64,000 bases of DNA, taken from an uncultured Candidatus Peribacteria bacterium. Lineage in GTDB: Bacteria; Patescibacteriota; Gracilibacteria; UBA1369; 2-02-FULL-48-14. Below are positions 43,168 to 52,024 of this stretch, piece by piece (positions within the stretch are counted from its first letter, which is position 1; the number at the start of each line of letters is the position of its first letter). The notes under the pieces were generated by a model that did not search any database, was not told the DNA's origin, and worked only from the letters and a program-made list of their open reading frames with translations. Both the position numbers and the translations under genes were made by a program. The stretch is taken from positions 18,689 to 82,688 of the forward strand of contig CAZFAV010000004.1 of assembly GCA_964516995.1 (NCBI GenBank), written 5' to 3'.

Positions 43168-44532
43168 TTAGAGAAGTTCTCCTTTCAAGTAGAAGTTGTG
43201 CGAGCCTGTCACTTTGACGGGGACTATTTCCCCAATGAGTGGTCTGCCTGAACGGAACTCAATCTCTTTGAATTCTGGTGTTCGACCACGGCATGTCTGT
43301 CCGATTTGTTCGGAGACGAGCACTTCCACCGTGCGTCCCACAAAAGCTTGAGTTTTTTGGTCGGCAATTTTTTTGATGAGCTCGTTTAGACGATGCCAGC
43401 GCTCGGCTTTGACTTTGGCTGGTACGTCATCCTTGAGACTACGCTCAGAATAGGTGCCTTTGCGTGGAGAATAACGTGAGGAATAACACATGTCCCATTC
43501 CAGTTCTTCGTACATACGGTAAGTCCTTTCAAACTCTTCTTCTGTTTCCCCAGAAAAGCCCACTATAATGTCCGTGCTGATGGCACATCCTGGAATCGCG
43601 GCTTTAATTTTCTTGAGAATTTCTATGTATTCAGCACTGCGGTAATTGCGGTTCATGCGGCGCAGTACGGCATCATCGCCAGACTGAATGGGCATGTGCA
43701 CATAAGGACATATCGTCCGGAGACTAGCCATGGTTTCTATGACTTCGTCATGGAAATCACGAGGATGTGGAGAAGTAAAACGCAGGCGGCGAAGGCCCAA
43801 ATCATAGAGTTGGTCTACTGCTCTCAAAAGCGCTGCGAAAGGGCTTTTACCATAGTTTTCAAAGTCTCCAGATTTTTTGTCGCTAAAAGAGAGTCCATAG
43901 GAATTTACCGTTTGACCCACAAGTGTAATCTCTACGGCTCCATCGCGGACATGTTTTTCGCACTCCGCTAGGATTTCTTTGAAGTTTCGACTTTTTTCTC
44001 TACCGCGAGTAAAGGGCACAATGCAGTAAGTACAAAATTTGTCACAGCCTGTCATAATGGGAACAAAGACAGAGTGATTGCTGGTCTTTGTCGGTACAAT
44101 TTTGAAGTAATTTTCAAGTTCGCCATCATCAATTTGATCTTTAAAATCGAGCTGCGGATTGACGTCTTTCAGAAGTTCGGCGAGTTGCGCTACATCCTCA
44201 ATACGGAAGGCAATGTCTACTTCGGCCATGGTATCCAAAATAGGATCTCTTTTTTCTTCGTGAGCATTTTGAGTTGAAGTTTTGCGTATCATGCAACCGG
44301 TGATGCCAATGCGGAGCTCAGGGTTTTCATCATGGAGTTTTTTGAGGATTTTGCGAAGTCCAAAAACCTTGTCCTCTGCCTTCTGTTTCACACTGCAAGT
44401 ATTGAGAACTAGTACGTCTGCTTTCTCATCTTTCTGAGCAGCTTCATAGCCCAGACGTTCCAAAACACTGGCGACCCGCTCGGAGTCGGAGTAGTTCATC
44501 GCACAACCGTAAGTTTGTATAGTGTATTTCAT
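43168..44532 (-). CDS. miaB: tRNA (N6-isopentenyl-A37) methylthiotransferase, radical SAM (MiaB family)
   Basis: N-terminal UPF0004 'TYGCAMNYSDSE', radical-SAM 'CDKFCTYCIVPFTRG', and a C-terminal TRAM-like region. MiaB versus other methylthiotransferase subfamilies was not rigorously resolved. Confidence 0.7.
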   Translation of the reverse strand: MKYTIQTYGCAMNYSDSERVASVLERLGYEAAQKDEKADVLVLNTCSVKQKAEDKVFGLRKILKKLHDENPELRIGITGCMIRKTSTQNAHEEKRDPILDTMAEVDIAFRIEDVAQLAELLKDVNPQLDFKDQIDDGELENYFKIVPTKTSNHSVFVPIMTGCDKFCTYCIVPFTRGREKSRNFKEILAECEKHVRDGAVEITLVGQTVNSYGLSFSDKKSGDFENYGKSPFAALLRAVDQLYDLGLRRLRFTSPHPRDFHDEVIETMASLRTICPYVHMPIQSGDDAVLRRMNRNYRSAEYIEILKKIKAAIPGCAISTDIIVGFSGETEEEFERTYRMYEELEWDMCYSSRYSPRKGTYSERSLKDDVPAKVKAERWHRLNELIKKIADQKTQAFVGRTVEVLVSEQIGQTCRGRTPEFKEIEFRSGRPLIGEIVPVKVTGSHNFYLKGELL

Positions 44533-44577
44533 TCCACGTGAAAAGCGGAGCCGAGTCTAACAGAAAAGAGGGCTATT

Positions 44578-45054
44578 TTAAAGCGTTTGGAAGCGGAAAA
44601 GCGCTGCGGCTAAAGAATACGGGAACTCTCTACGCTTTGCATTAAAAGCTTCGGCCGCTTTTTGTAATTCAAGCTTTTGTTGATCGATCAGAGTGCTGAT
44701 TTCTTGAATTCCCTTTTTAGCTTCCAAAAAATTGACTGACCGAAGGCTTGTTTGATCCAAAAAAGACAAAAGTTCTTTCTCAAAAGCTTCTTCCTCAACA
44801 CGAGATGCGGCACTTCTAAAGGCCATGCGATCACTCACTAATTTTCTCCATGCATCTGTGGGCTCTTGAAGTTCTCGAATACTTTCCAGAAGTAAAGGGA
44901 CTTGATCTCGACGACGCTCATAGTCTTTGAAGAGGACTTCTTGGCGCCTCTGTAAATCGTGCAGTGCATTCAGCAAACTTTGCCTCAGCCAAAGCATCCC
45001 TACAAAGTAGAGGATAAGCAGCGTGATCAACAGTAAAATCAAATTAGTGAGCAT
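44578..45054 (-). CDS. LemA family membrane protein
   Basis: N-terminal TM, 'YERRRDQVPLLLESI' (compare the LemA RR-x-DLIPNLV motif) and C-terminal 'FNAKRREFPYSLAAALFRF'. Confidence 0.55.
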   Translation of the reverse strand: MLTNLILLLITLLILYFVGMLWLRQSLLNALHDLQRRQEVLFKDYERRRDQVPLLLESIRELQEPTDAWRKLVSDRMAFRSAASRVEEEAFEKELLSFLDQTSLRSVNFLEAKKGIQEISTLIDQQKLELQKAAEAFNAKRREFPYSLAAALFRFQTL

Positions 45055-45586
45055 GACGATTTGCGATAGATTGATCGCGAGAATCTAAAATACGTCTCGC
45101 GTTTTCGTAGGGATGATCCACATACTTCATGATGAAAAAAATATCGTTGGAAGCTGTCATGATTTCTAATGTACCAAAGTGCAAAATGCTTTCTAAAATT
45201 CCTTGCTCAATTCCTTTTACATCCTCAATTTGACTCACATTGGTTTCAGAAATTTGCCTATGGAAGAGGTCAATTTGCTCGTGTGAAATAACACGTTGAT
45301 CTGTGACCACAATGATATCGAGTTCATCATTGAGCCAATGCACATAAGTAATGAGACTGATGAAAAGAATGTAGGTGATGAAGAGCAGCATACTGCCCCA
45401 AAAAATCTGGTTGCTGCTGTTCTCCCAGAGGCCACCCAAAACAGCCATCCCCAACAAGAAAGGAATTCCTCCGATGAGCAAAAGTACCAAAGCCGCTTTA
45501 ACATCGGTAATCCAATGTTTGCGGATCAAAAGCTTGATATGCTCGTTTTCTTTTTGTCCGGGAAAGTGTTTAACGTGATTGCTCAT
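45044..45586 (-). CDS. Bacterial PH-domain (YdbT/DUF304-like) membrane protein
   Basis: Two TM helices followed by 'IIVVTDQRVISHEQ...GTLEIMTASNDIFFIMKYVDHP', typical of bPH_2 domains. Confidence 0.55.
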   Translation of the reverse strand: MSNHVKHFPGQKENEHIKLLIRKHWITDVKAALVLLLIGGIPFLLGMAVLGGLWENSSNQIFWGSMLLFITYILFISLITYVHWLNDELDIIVVTDQRVISHEQIDLFHRQISETNVSQIEDVKGIEQGILESILHFGTLEIMTASNDIFFIMKYVDHPYENARRILDSRDQSIANRHAH

Positions 45587-46611
45587 TTACGGAGGGCTTT
45601 GAGAAAGAGTTGTGCGGACTTGGGCCAAGAATACTGCTTCGCGGCGGCTCGTCCTGCCGCGCGGAGTGAGGCAACGGCTTGAGGGTCTTCTAGCTTTTTA
45701 AGCGTAGCAGAAAGTGAGCCTTTAAGAAACAGCGCCGCCCCGTGGGACACTTCACGATTGACGGGCAAATCCTTAACGACAGCGGGCGTCCCTACGGAAA
45801 GTGCTTGAAGCAAAGGAATATTAAAGCCTTCTTGATCTGAAAAATGCAACAGCGCCTTACTAGACTTGAGAGCAGAGTAAAGTTCTTTTTCGGACAGCCT
45901 TCCTAAATGAAGAACTGAGGGATGACTGGGCACGGCAGGATAATAACGTGAACGATGGTGGGGCACACCCACCAGGAGTAAACGACTCTCAGCGTGAGTT
46001 TTTTGATAAAGCACAAATTGCTGCACCAGCTCTGTCACATTTTTTCTAAGATCGTAGCCACCAATGTAAATAAAATCATTTTGATAAGGTTTTTTACTCA
46101 GCCCGGTGGGAATTTCTGGTGCAGCATTGGGCAAGATTTTAGCAGCGGGTATACCAAGTTCATCGTGAGTGGCGTGGGAGACGGTGAAGAGTTGGTCTAC
46201 GTGCACTAAGGCCCTTTTAGCTTGTCTATAGTAAGTGCGTTTGAGTCTGGACCCTTGGTAACGAGGATCATCCCACAAAATGAGGTCGTGCACGGTCATG
46301 GCGCGCAGATGCGAGGAGCGCGCTGGCAAAGGACAGGGGTAAGGGTAATATTCCCAGTCGAGATTGTGACGAGCAAAATAGGCCGGTACTTGAACCCGCT
46401 CCCAGACCCACTTTTTGAGAGCGGGATGAGGAAGCCAAGTTTTAGGGCGAAGCGTGTGCACTTTGAGACCAGGAATTTTCACGGGAGCCGGACTCACCAC
46501 AGTGAGTTCTACTTTCTTAGTAGCAGCCAAGGCTTTGAGTAGTCCTAGAGAATGCTGACCGATGCCGGTATGAGGCTGTGAGAGGAACCAGCCTTGGAAT
46601 CCAAGCTTCAT
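45583..46611 (-). CDS. Glycosyltransferase, GT4/GT-B family
   Basis: C-terminal half 'LLVGVP...ELYSALKSSKALLHFSDQEGFNIPLLQALSVGTPAVV' is a glycosyl-transferase group 1 signature. ATGA-type overlap with the downstream gene. Confidence 0.7.
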   Translation of the reverse strand: MKLGFQGWFLSQPHTGIGQHSLGLLKALAATKKVELTVVSPAPVKIPGLKVHTLRPKTWLPHPALKKWVWERVQVPAYFARHNLDWEYYPYPCPLPARSSHLRAMTVHDLILWDDPRYQGSRLKRTYYRQAKRALVHVDQLFTVSHATHDELGIPAAKILPNAAPEIPTGLSKKPYQNDFIYIGGYDLRKNVTELVQQFVLYQKTHAESRLLLVGVPHHRSRYYPAVPSHPSVLHLGRLSEKELYSALKSSKALLHFSDQEGFNIPLLQALSVGTPAVVKDLPVNREVSHGAALFLKGSLSATLKKLEDPQAVASLRAAGRAAAKQYSWPKSAQLFLKALRK

Positions 46612-47643
46612 TTAAAGGTAAGATAAAAGGAGCCAAGCGATTTTTTCTGTGGCGGTATTGGGGTGGATGCTTTGGGGCCGTTGGGGCAAAGCGAGGAGTT
46701 GTTTGAGGGCAGGCTTAGTTTGGTCTGCAATGGAGAAAAGCGATGATTCTACAGCAGCGATTTGAGCATTGGCCATTTGGTCTCCACGACTGGCGTGTGT
46801 GCCGAGTGGATAAAGCAGGGCAGGAATTTGTACCGCCTCCAATTCGGCAAGAGTGTTGGCTCCAGCACGGGTCAGCGCGAGCGAAGCGAGCGCGTAGAGG
46901 TCGTTCATCCCTTTTTCTACGTAAGGGAATTCTATGTAGTGCTTTTCTCTTTTCACTTTTCCTTTTTTTCCACTGATATGGATCACATCAAAATGCTCCA
47001 GCCATGACTTTTTTTCACGTTCAGTGAGGGCATTGAGTTGCGCAGAGCCACTGCTGCCTCCCATCACTAAGAGCACCGGCCGTGTGCCGGTGAAACCTGT
47101 CATTTTTTGTGCCTTTTTTTTACTTCCATCAAATAAAGAAAGTCGAACTGGATTTCCCACAATTTCTATTTTCTCCTCGTATTTTTCCAACTCCAGGTGA
47201 GCTGTTTCATAAGCCAAAAGAATTTTGCTGGCAAAGCGGGCGCTGAGCTTGGTCGCCAGCCCTGGGATAGCATCCGAATCGTGGATCACTACTGGGATTT
47301 TCCTCATCCAGGCAGCAAATACCACTGGGAAACCCACAAAGCCTCCCTTGCTAAAAACCACCGTGGGCTTTAAGCGCCCTAGTTTAAAATAGGCCTGTAT
47401 TATGCCGAGCGGAATTCGGAAGAGATCCACGAGATTTTGAAGGGAGAAATAACGCCTCAGTTTGCCGGTGCTGATCTCTTCAAAAGGGATTCCGGCTGCG
47501 GTAACAAGAGTCTTTTCAATTCCCTTATGAGAGCCTAGATAGACGAGTTTTGCTTTGGGTTCAAACGCGCGTATAGCGTCCGCTATAGCGAGGTTGGGAA
47601 TGACGTGCCCAGCTGTTCCTCCTCCGGTCAGGAGAATATTCAT
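46612..47643 (-). CDS. murG: UDP-GlcNAc:undecaprenyl-PP-MurNAc-pentapeptide GlcNAc transferase
   Basis: I chose the start at MNILLTGGGTAGHVIPNLAIADA (MurG G-loop 1). Also 'LVMGGSSGSAQLN' and 'RAGANTLAELE'. Confidence 0.85.
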   Translation of the reverse strand: MNILLTGGGTAGHVIPNLAIADAIRAFEPKAKLVYLGSHKGIEKTLVTAAGIPFEEISTGKLRRYFSLQNLVDLFRIPLGIIQAYFKLGRLKPTVVFSKGGFVGFPVVFAAWMRKIPVVIHDSDAIPGLATKLSARFASKILLAYETAHLELEKYEEKIEIVGNPVRLSLFDGSKKKAQKMTGFTGTRPVLLVMGGSSGSAQLNALTEREKKSWLEHFDVIHISGKKGKVKREKHYIEFPYVEKGMNDLYALASLALTRAGANTLAELEAVQIPALLYPLGTHASRGDQMANAQIAAVESSLFSIADQTKPALKQLLALPQRPQSIHPNTATEKIAWLLLSYL

Positions 47644-48802
47644 AAAGGGTCGTGGTTTGAGAGATGTTGAGCAGAATGCCGATGGCAAACAGCGTCATTA
47701 CCATGGAGGAACCTCCGTAACTGATGAACGGCAAGGTGATTCCAGTGATCGGGAACAAGGCTGTGTTCACCATGATATTAACGAAAGCCTGCACCGAAAT
47801 CCAGGTTCCAATCCCTGCAGCAGTGAGCATGGCGAATTTATTGGGGGCGTGACTGGCGATTTGGAAACTACGATAAGCCACTACCGCATAGAGCAGCACA
47901 ATCATGGACATGCGCACAAAGCCCAATTCTTCGGAAGAAGCGGCAAAGATAAAGTCATCCACTGCTTGAGGCAGCCAGAAAGATTTTTGAATTCCTTGAG
48001 TGAGTCCCTTCCCCCAAAACCCTCCGCTGCCAATGGCAATGTTGGCTTGGCGCGTCTGCCAACAATAATCTTCGGTACAATCGCTGGGAGGATTCACAAA
48101 AGCTTCCACTCGCTCTCTTATGTGCTGAGAGCTGGCGAAAATTCCTAAAACCGCCACTGCTACGATCAAAGCTCCCCCGAGCATGTGACTCAGTCGTGCT
48201 CCAGCGAGATAGTAAATAACGACTGCAATGAGAGCAAAAATCATGGAAGATCCGATATCAGGCTGCAAGGCTACGGGCAAAATAATAAGCCCTGCAATGA
48301 TGGCGAACTTAAGAAAACCTTCCTTAAGCTCTCCTATTTTTTCAAAAGAAATCCTTTCGGCAAAAAAGTAACTGAGGAAGAAAATCAGCCCGAGTTTGGC
48401 GATCTCCGAAGGCTGAACGGAGTCAATAAAAGGCAGTGCGGGCAGATTGATCCAGCTCTTGGCAAACGTGTTGTTGCTGTCTCCGGCAATGAGCACATAC
48501 ATGAGCAGTCCAAAACCCGCCGCATAAAAAATGGGCGCTAAGGTTTTCCACACGCGAAAAGGGGTCTTCCAAGCCACCAGCATAGCGGCTAGGCCGAGGC
48601 CTGCACGAACCAAGTGCTTCTTCAAAATGAGGTAACAATCCACGGCCACATTGGAACAGTCGGCGTACTTGAGGTCGGGAGCGGAAATACGGATGGACTT
48701 GGGCACTCCAATAGAAGTGATCATTACCACGCCCACCACGACCAGCGCTAAAACTGCCAGGAGGAGAATCTTATCGTATTTTTGGTTCTTAAATAGCCTC
48801 AC
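47561..48802 (-). CDS. ftsW: SEDS-family peptidoglycan glycosyltransferase (FtsW-type, adjacent to murG)
   Basis: About 10 TM helices with 'LQPDIGS', 'LPQAVDDFIFA' and 'GITLPFISYGGSS' motifs. The C-terminal tail overlaps the murG start by 83 nt. Confidence 0.75.
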   Translation of the reverse strand: MRLFKNQKYDKILLLAVLALVVVGVVMITSIGVPKSIRISAPDLKYADCSNVAVDCYLILKKHLVRAGLGLAAMLVAWKTPFRVWKTLAPIFYAAGFGLLMYVLIAGDSNNTFAKSWINLPALPFIDSVQPSEIAKLGLIFFLSYFFAERISFEKIGELKEGFLKFAIIAGLIILPVALQPDIGSSMIFALIAVVIYYLAGARLSHMLGGALIVAVAVLGIFASSQHIRERVEAFVNPPSDCTEDYCWQTRQANIAIGSGGFWGKGLTQGIQKSFWLPQAVDDFIFAASSEELGFVRMSMIVLLYAVVAYRSFQIASHAPNKFAMLTAAGIGTWISVQAFVNIMVNTALFPITGITLPFISYGGSSMVMTLFAIGILLNISQTTTLYEYSPDRRRNSWARHSQPRYSGRYTRV

Positions 48803-48869
48803 TGGCCTTGGGATGCATTAAAGTGAGGACAGTGTAGCGGAAGAGGGTAGCTGTTGGAAGTTGAAGCGT

Positions 48870-51800
48870 TTACTGAAGAGGGATTCTCAAGATGCCCATC
48901 GTACCCATTTCGGGATGATGCCTCTGCTCATCAAAGCAAATTTTTGCTTTACCTTGATAGACTACAGCTCCATGTCTTCCTTCTGGCGCCAACTGAACCA
49001 TCATTGCTCTACTTCCGTAGTGACCTTTAGCTCTACTAGCGATCTGCTCGATTTCAGAATTAGTAGGGATGGTTAATCCTTCGCTTAGCATTAAACTCGT
49101 ATTATTTTCTATAAATGTTTTACCTTGTGTGTTTCTGTGCATTCTACAATCTGCAATTTTTAAACATTGATCTTCCACCCAAAAAATTGTTTCTCCATCA
49201 CTACCCTTTTCTATGTACTCCAAGCTATTGATAAAAGATTGGCCGGTGAGTGGATTCTCTCTTCCCAGTGCTTGGCCAATTTCTTCCAAAGAAATGTCTG
49301 CTTCGGTTCCAGCTGGGTACTGTTTTCCGTAAGATCTAATGAGACCTTCCACGCGAGGATCTTTCGAGAGATTCACTTCTACTATTCGTGGATATTCTAT
49401 GCCACCCATCGCTGCCAATTCATGAGCTTTTTCTGGATCTATAGTCAAGCACTCCATTATCCAAGCTATTTTTGATTTTTCCGGAGTTTTTTTCACTTCA
49501 TCTATAGCAGCTTTAGCATCTTCAGTCGCAAATCTATATCTAAGAGCTAGAGCAGCTAATACCATCCAAGTTTTACCCTTAAATCTGTTTGGCTTGTTTT
49601 CAATAATTCTTTTTAAGAGAGGTCTCAATTTTGTGAATTCTATTTTCTCAGTAGCTTTTTGCCTAAACACTCCTACCCTCCTTTCTTTTCCTAAAAAGAT
49701 ATCTATGTAAAAAAGTTCCGGGGCAGTTTCTAAAATGGTGGCTAGTATTCTTTCATCTTCTGTCTCTACGCACTTCTCTAAACAAAAAAGTACGAGCTCC
49801 TCAAGAATGCAATCTGTAGCTCCTTGAAATTCAGGTTTACATAGTATTATAGAGATATTCTTAAGAATATCTCTATAAATAGTCTTCGCTATTTGTTCTC
49901 CAAAAATCATCTCAAGATCTAAGGCATAAAGATATCGTATATTTCGGGTAATTAGCTCAAGCACTACTTCAGAAGCTTCATCTACCAATCCAGCTAAAAG
50001 TAATGCCCTAACTAGAGTAAATTGAGCTTTAACGTTTCCTTTATCGGCTTCCACTGCTCTTCTTAAAGATGTAAGCGCTTCTGGCAATTCACCTGTTTTT
50101 GATTTTAATCCGGCATATTTTGTCCATGCCTCAGAGGCTAATTCCACATTTTCTGACATTCTTCCAACTATTCTATACCGCTTCATTGCTTCCTCATCCT
50201 CACCTAAAACTTCCGCCGATACACCTGCCCCATATTGATTACCCATAACCGTAGGATCTGCTTGAACTCCTTCCATAAATAACTTCAGTGCCTCTCGAAA
50301 ATCTTCATGAGCTTCCGCACTTCTTAAAAATACCGTTCCTTGCCTCAACCTTTGTTTAGCAACATTTCCAAGACTATCTTCAGTTAGATCTATTAACCTT
50401 TCAAGTAAAGCGTTGCCCTGTTGAACTTCTTTTTGGATATTTGCGTTTCCTCTTTCGAGCGTGGAGTCTATTTGCCTTAATTGAGACAAAATAGCTGCTT
50501 TTGAAATAGCAATTTGTGTTGCTATGGCATCCAGTGCCTCTAGCCCTAAATTGACTCCACGCTCCAAAACCCCATTTACTTGTGAGAACCCGTAATTCAT
50601 TGCTTCTATGAACCCTGCTGCTAGCTCTTCTAAATTTACTAAATGCTGATTAGTACCAACTATCCCAACTGCAATGTCTGATAAAAGGTGATTGCCTCTT
50701 TCCCGCTGTGCTATTTCATGCTCTTGACCGACTACTAATATTTCTCCCAATACAGTGTGTCTTCTTAGCTCTCCTATTCCTATCTCTCGCTGATCTATGG
50801 CTTTGTCTCCTTGGATAAGTAAGTCAATTAAACTGAAACTCCTTTCTAGTGCAGAACCATCTACACGAGCTTCTCTATACCTTTTTTTAACTTCATAACT
50901 TATTCCTTCCACAACTAAGTTATTATTACTCATGTCTATGAGTAAATCCTCTTCAATGGTTGACTGACGGGCTTGATCACACACATTTAAAAGTGCATAA
51001 GCATCTTGAATGAAACTTTCAACATCCTGATTAGGGAACTCCCCCACAACTTTTTCCAACCTTCTTAGTTGTTGAACTGCACCGTCTCTTGTTGCTCTTT
51101 TAGCCAGTCTACTTGGATGGTCTACTAGGGTGAGTATCTCGCGACCCTCTCTTTTTAAAGTTGCGTCTGCGATTTTATTTTCAATTACACCCTCAATAAA
51201 TCTTTTGGCCGTAGGTGATGCGAGCCTCGTGTCCAGTAATAACTCTAAATCCCCGCTTGCATCTTCATTTAGTAAGCCATTTTGATGTGCTGAAAGAATT
51301 TGCATGAAACGCGTATTAGTGCGGATGAACTCTCTAGGTGTTTCTTTAGTATACCGAGGTCCTTGTGCCTCTCTGGCTTGTCTCGCTAAAGCGCTGCCAG
51401 AAGAAACTACCTCCCTCCCTACTGCACGAACAGCAGATTCCACCTCATGGACTGCATGGGTTGTGTGGTCTATCCGTCTACCTAAATCATCAAACCCTCC
51501 GGCAGTAAGTTTGGCCAAACTTCTTGTTTCCCCTATGAGCCCATTAAAACCACCTTGTGCAATCCTCGCGAGTACCCTTGTCTCTTCTAATAAACCTTCG
51601 CCTCTCTGGTTTAAAGCACCCATTTGAAAAGCAGCTTCTTTTAAAACTCTCTGCGTTTCGTATGCTTTTTTGTCGAAGTCTTCCCTTCTTACTACCGTAC
51701 TTCCTCCATGCAACCCTTTTAGAGCTGTCACGAGTTCTCTCTGTAAAACTAAAGTGTCTCCATGTCTTTGTGCTTGTTCCTTCCTCGCTCTATGCAGTTC

Positions 51801-51905
51801 ACTTACAATCCTTCCATCTGGTGTACGACTCAAGCTATAAGAAGGTGTCCCATAAAACACGCTTTCGAAGAATCGATCGCTTTGAACATCTGTACTTCGA
51901 GCCAT
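48870..51905 (-). CDS. Giant hypothetical protein G3 (1011 aa; TPR-like central region)
   Basis: Uninterrupted ORF with no signal peptide or TM. Short tandem 'ETR-x-LA-x4-GGF-x2-L' repeat at residues ~108-140. TPR-like helices around residues 520-650. The 3' two-thirds are AT-rich. No enzymatic motif recognised. Confidence 0.75.
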   Translation of the reverse strand: MARSTDVQSDRFFESVFYGTPSYSLSRTPDGRIVSELHRARKEQAQRHGDTLVLQRELVTALKGLHGGSTVVRREDFDKKAYETQRVLKEAAFQMGALNQRGEGLLEETRVLARIAQGGFNGLIGETRSLAKLTAGGFDDLGRRIDHTTHAVHEVESAVRAVGREVVSSGSALARQAREAQGPRYTKETPREFIRTNTRFMQILSAHQNGLLNEDASGDLELLLDTRLASPTAKRFIEGVIENKIADATLKREGREILTLVDHPSRLAKRATRDGAVQQLRRLEKVVGEFPNQDVESFIQDAYALLNVCDQARQSTIEEDLLIDMSNNNLVVEGISYEVKKRYREARVDGSALERSFSLIDLLIQGDKAIDQREIGIGELRRHTVLGEILVVGQEHEIAQRERGNHLLSDIAVGIVGTNQHLVNLEELAAGFIEAMNYGFSQVNGVLERGVNLGLEALDAIATQIAISKAAILSQLRQIDSTLERGNANIQKEVQQGNALLERLIDLTEDSLGNVAKQRLRQGTVFLRSAEAHEDFREALKLFMEGVQADPTVMGNQYGAGVSAEVLGEDEEAMKRYRIVGRMSENVELASEAWTKYAGLKSKTGELPEALTSLRRAVEADKGNVKAQFTLVRALLLAGLVDEASEVVLELITRNIRYLYALDLEMIFGEQIAKTIYRDILKNISIILCKPEFQGATDCILEELVLFCLEKCVETEDERILATILETAPELFYIDIFLGKERRVGVFRQKATEKIEFTKLRPLLKRIIENKPNRFKGKTWMVLAALALRYRFATEDAKAAIDEVKKTPEKSKIAWIMECLTIDPEKAHELAAMGGIEYPRIVEVNLSKDPRVEGLIRSYGKQYPAGTEADISLEEIGQALGRENPLTGQSFINSLEYIEKGSDGETIFWVEDQCLKIADCRMHRNTQGKTFIENNTSLMLSEGLTIPTNSEIEQIASRAKGHYGSRAMMVQLAPEGRHGAVVYQGKAKICFDEQRHHPEMGTMGILRIPLQ

Positions 51906-51931
51906 GGTTCTAAAGAGTAGTCAGATCGCTT

Positions 51932-51960
51932 AAATTACCCTCGAATGTGTGAGTTGTCAA
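51932..51960 (-). promoter_or_regulatory. Candidate promoter for G3
   Basis: On the minus strand, TTGACA (51955-51960), a 17-nt spacer, then TAATTT (51932-51937). The ATG lies at 51905. Confidence 0.45.
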
Positions 51961-52024
51961 TCGTGCTGCGTTTTAAATTGTTGTCAGGGTTTAGCAACTC
52001 TAATTTAAACCTCCTCTCAGTAAA

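Noticed and set aside
48870-49250. A faint resemblance of the G3 C-terminal ~120 aa ('GLTIPTNSEIEQIAS...ICFDE...ILRIP') to DUF1566/C-type-lectin-like domains.
   Set aside because: It rests on two short patches recalled from memory and cannot be supported without an HMM search.
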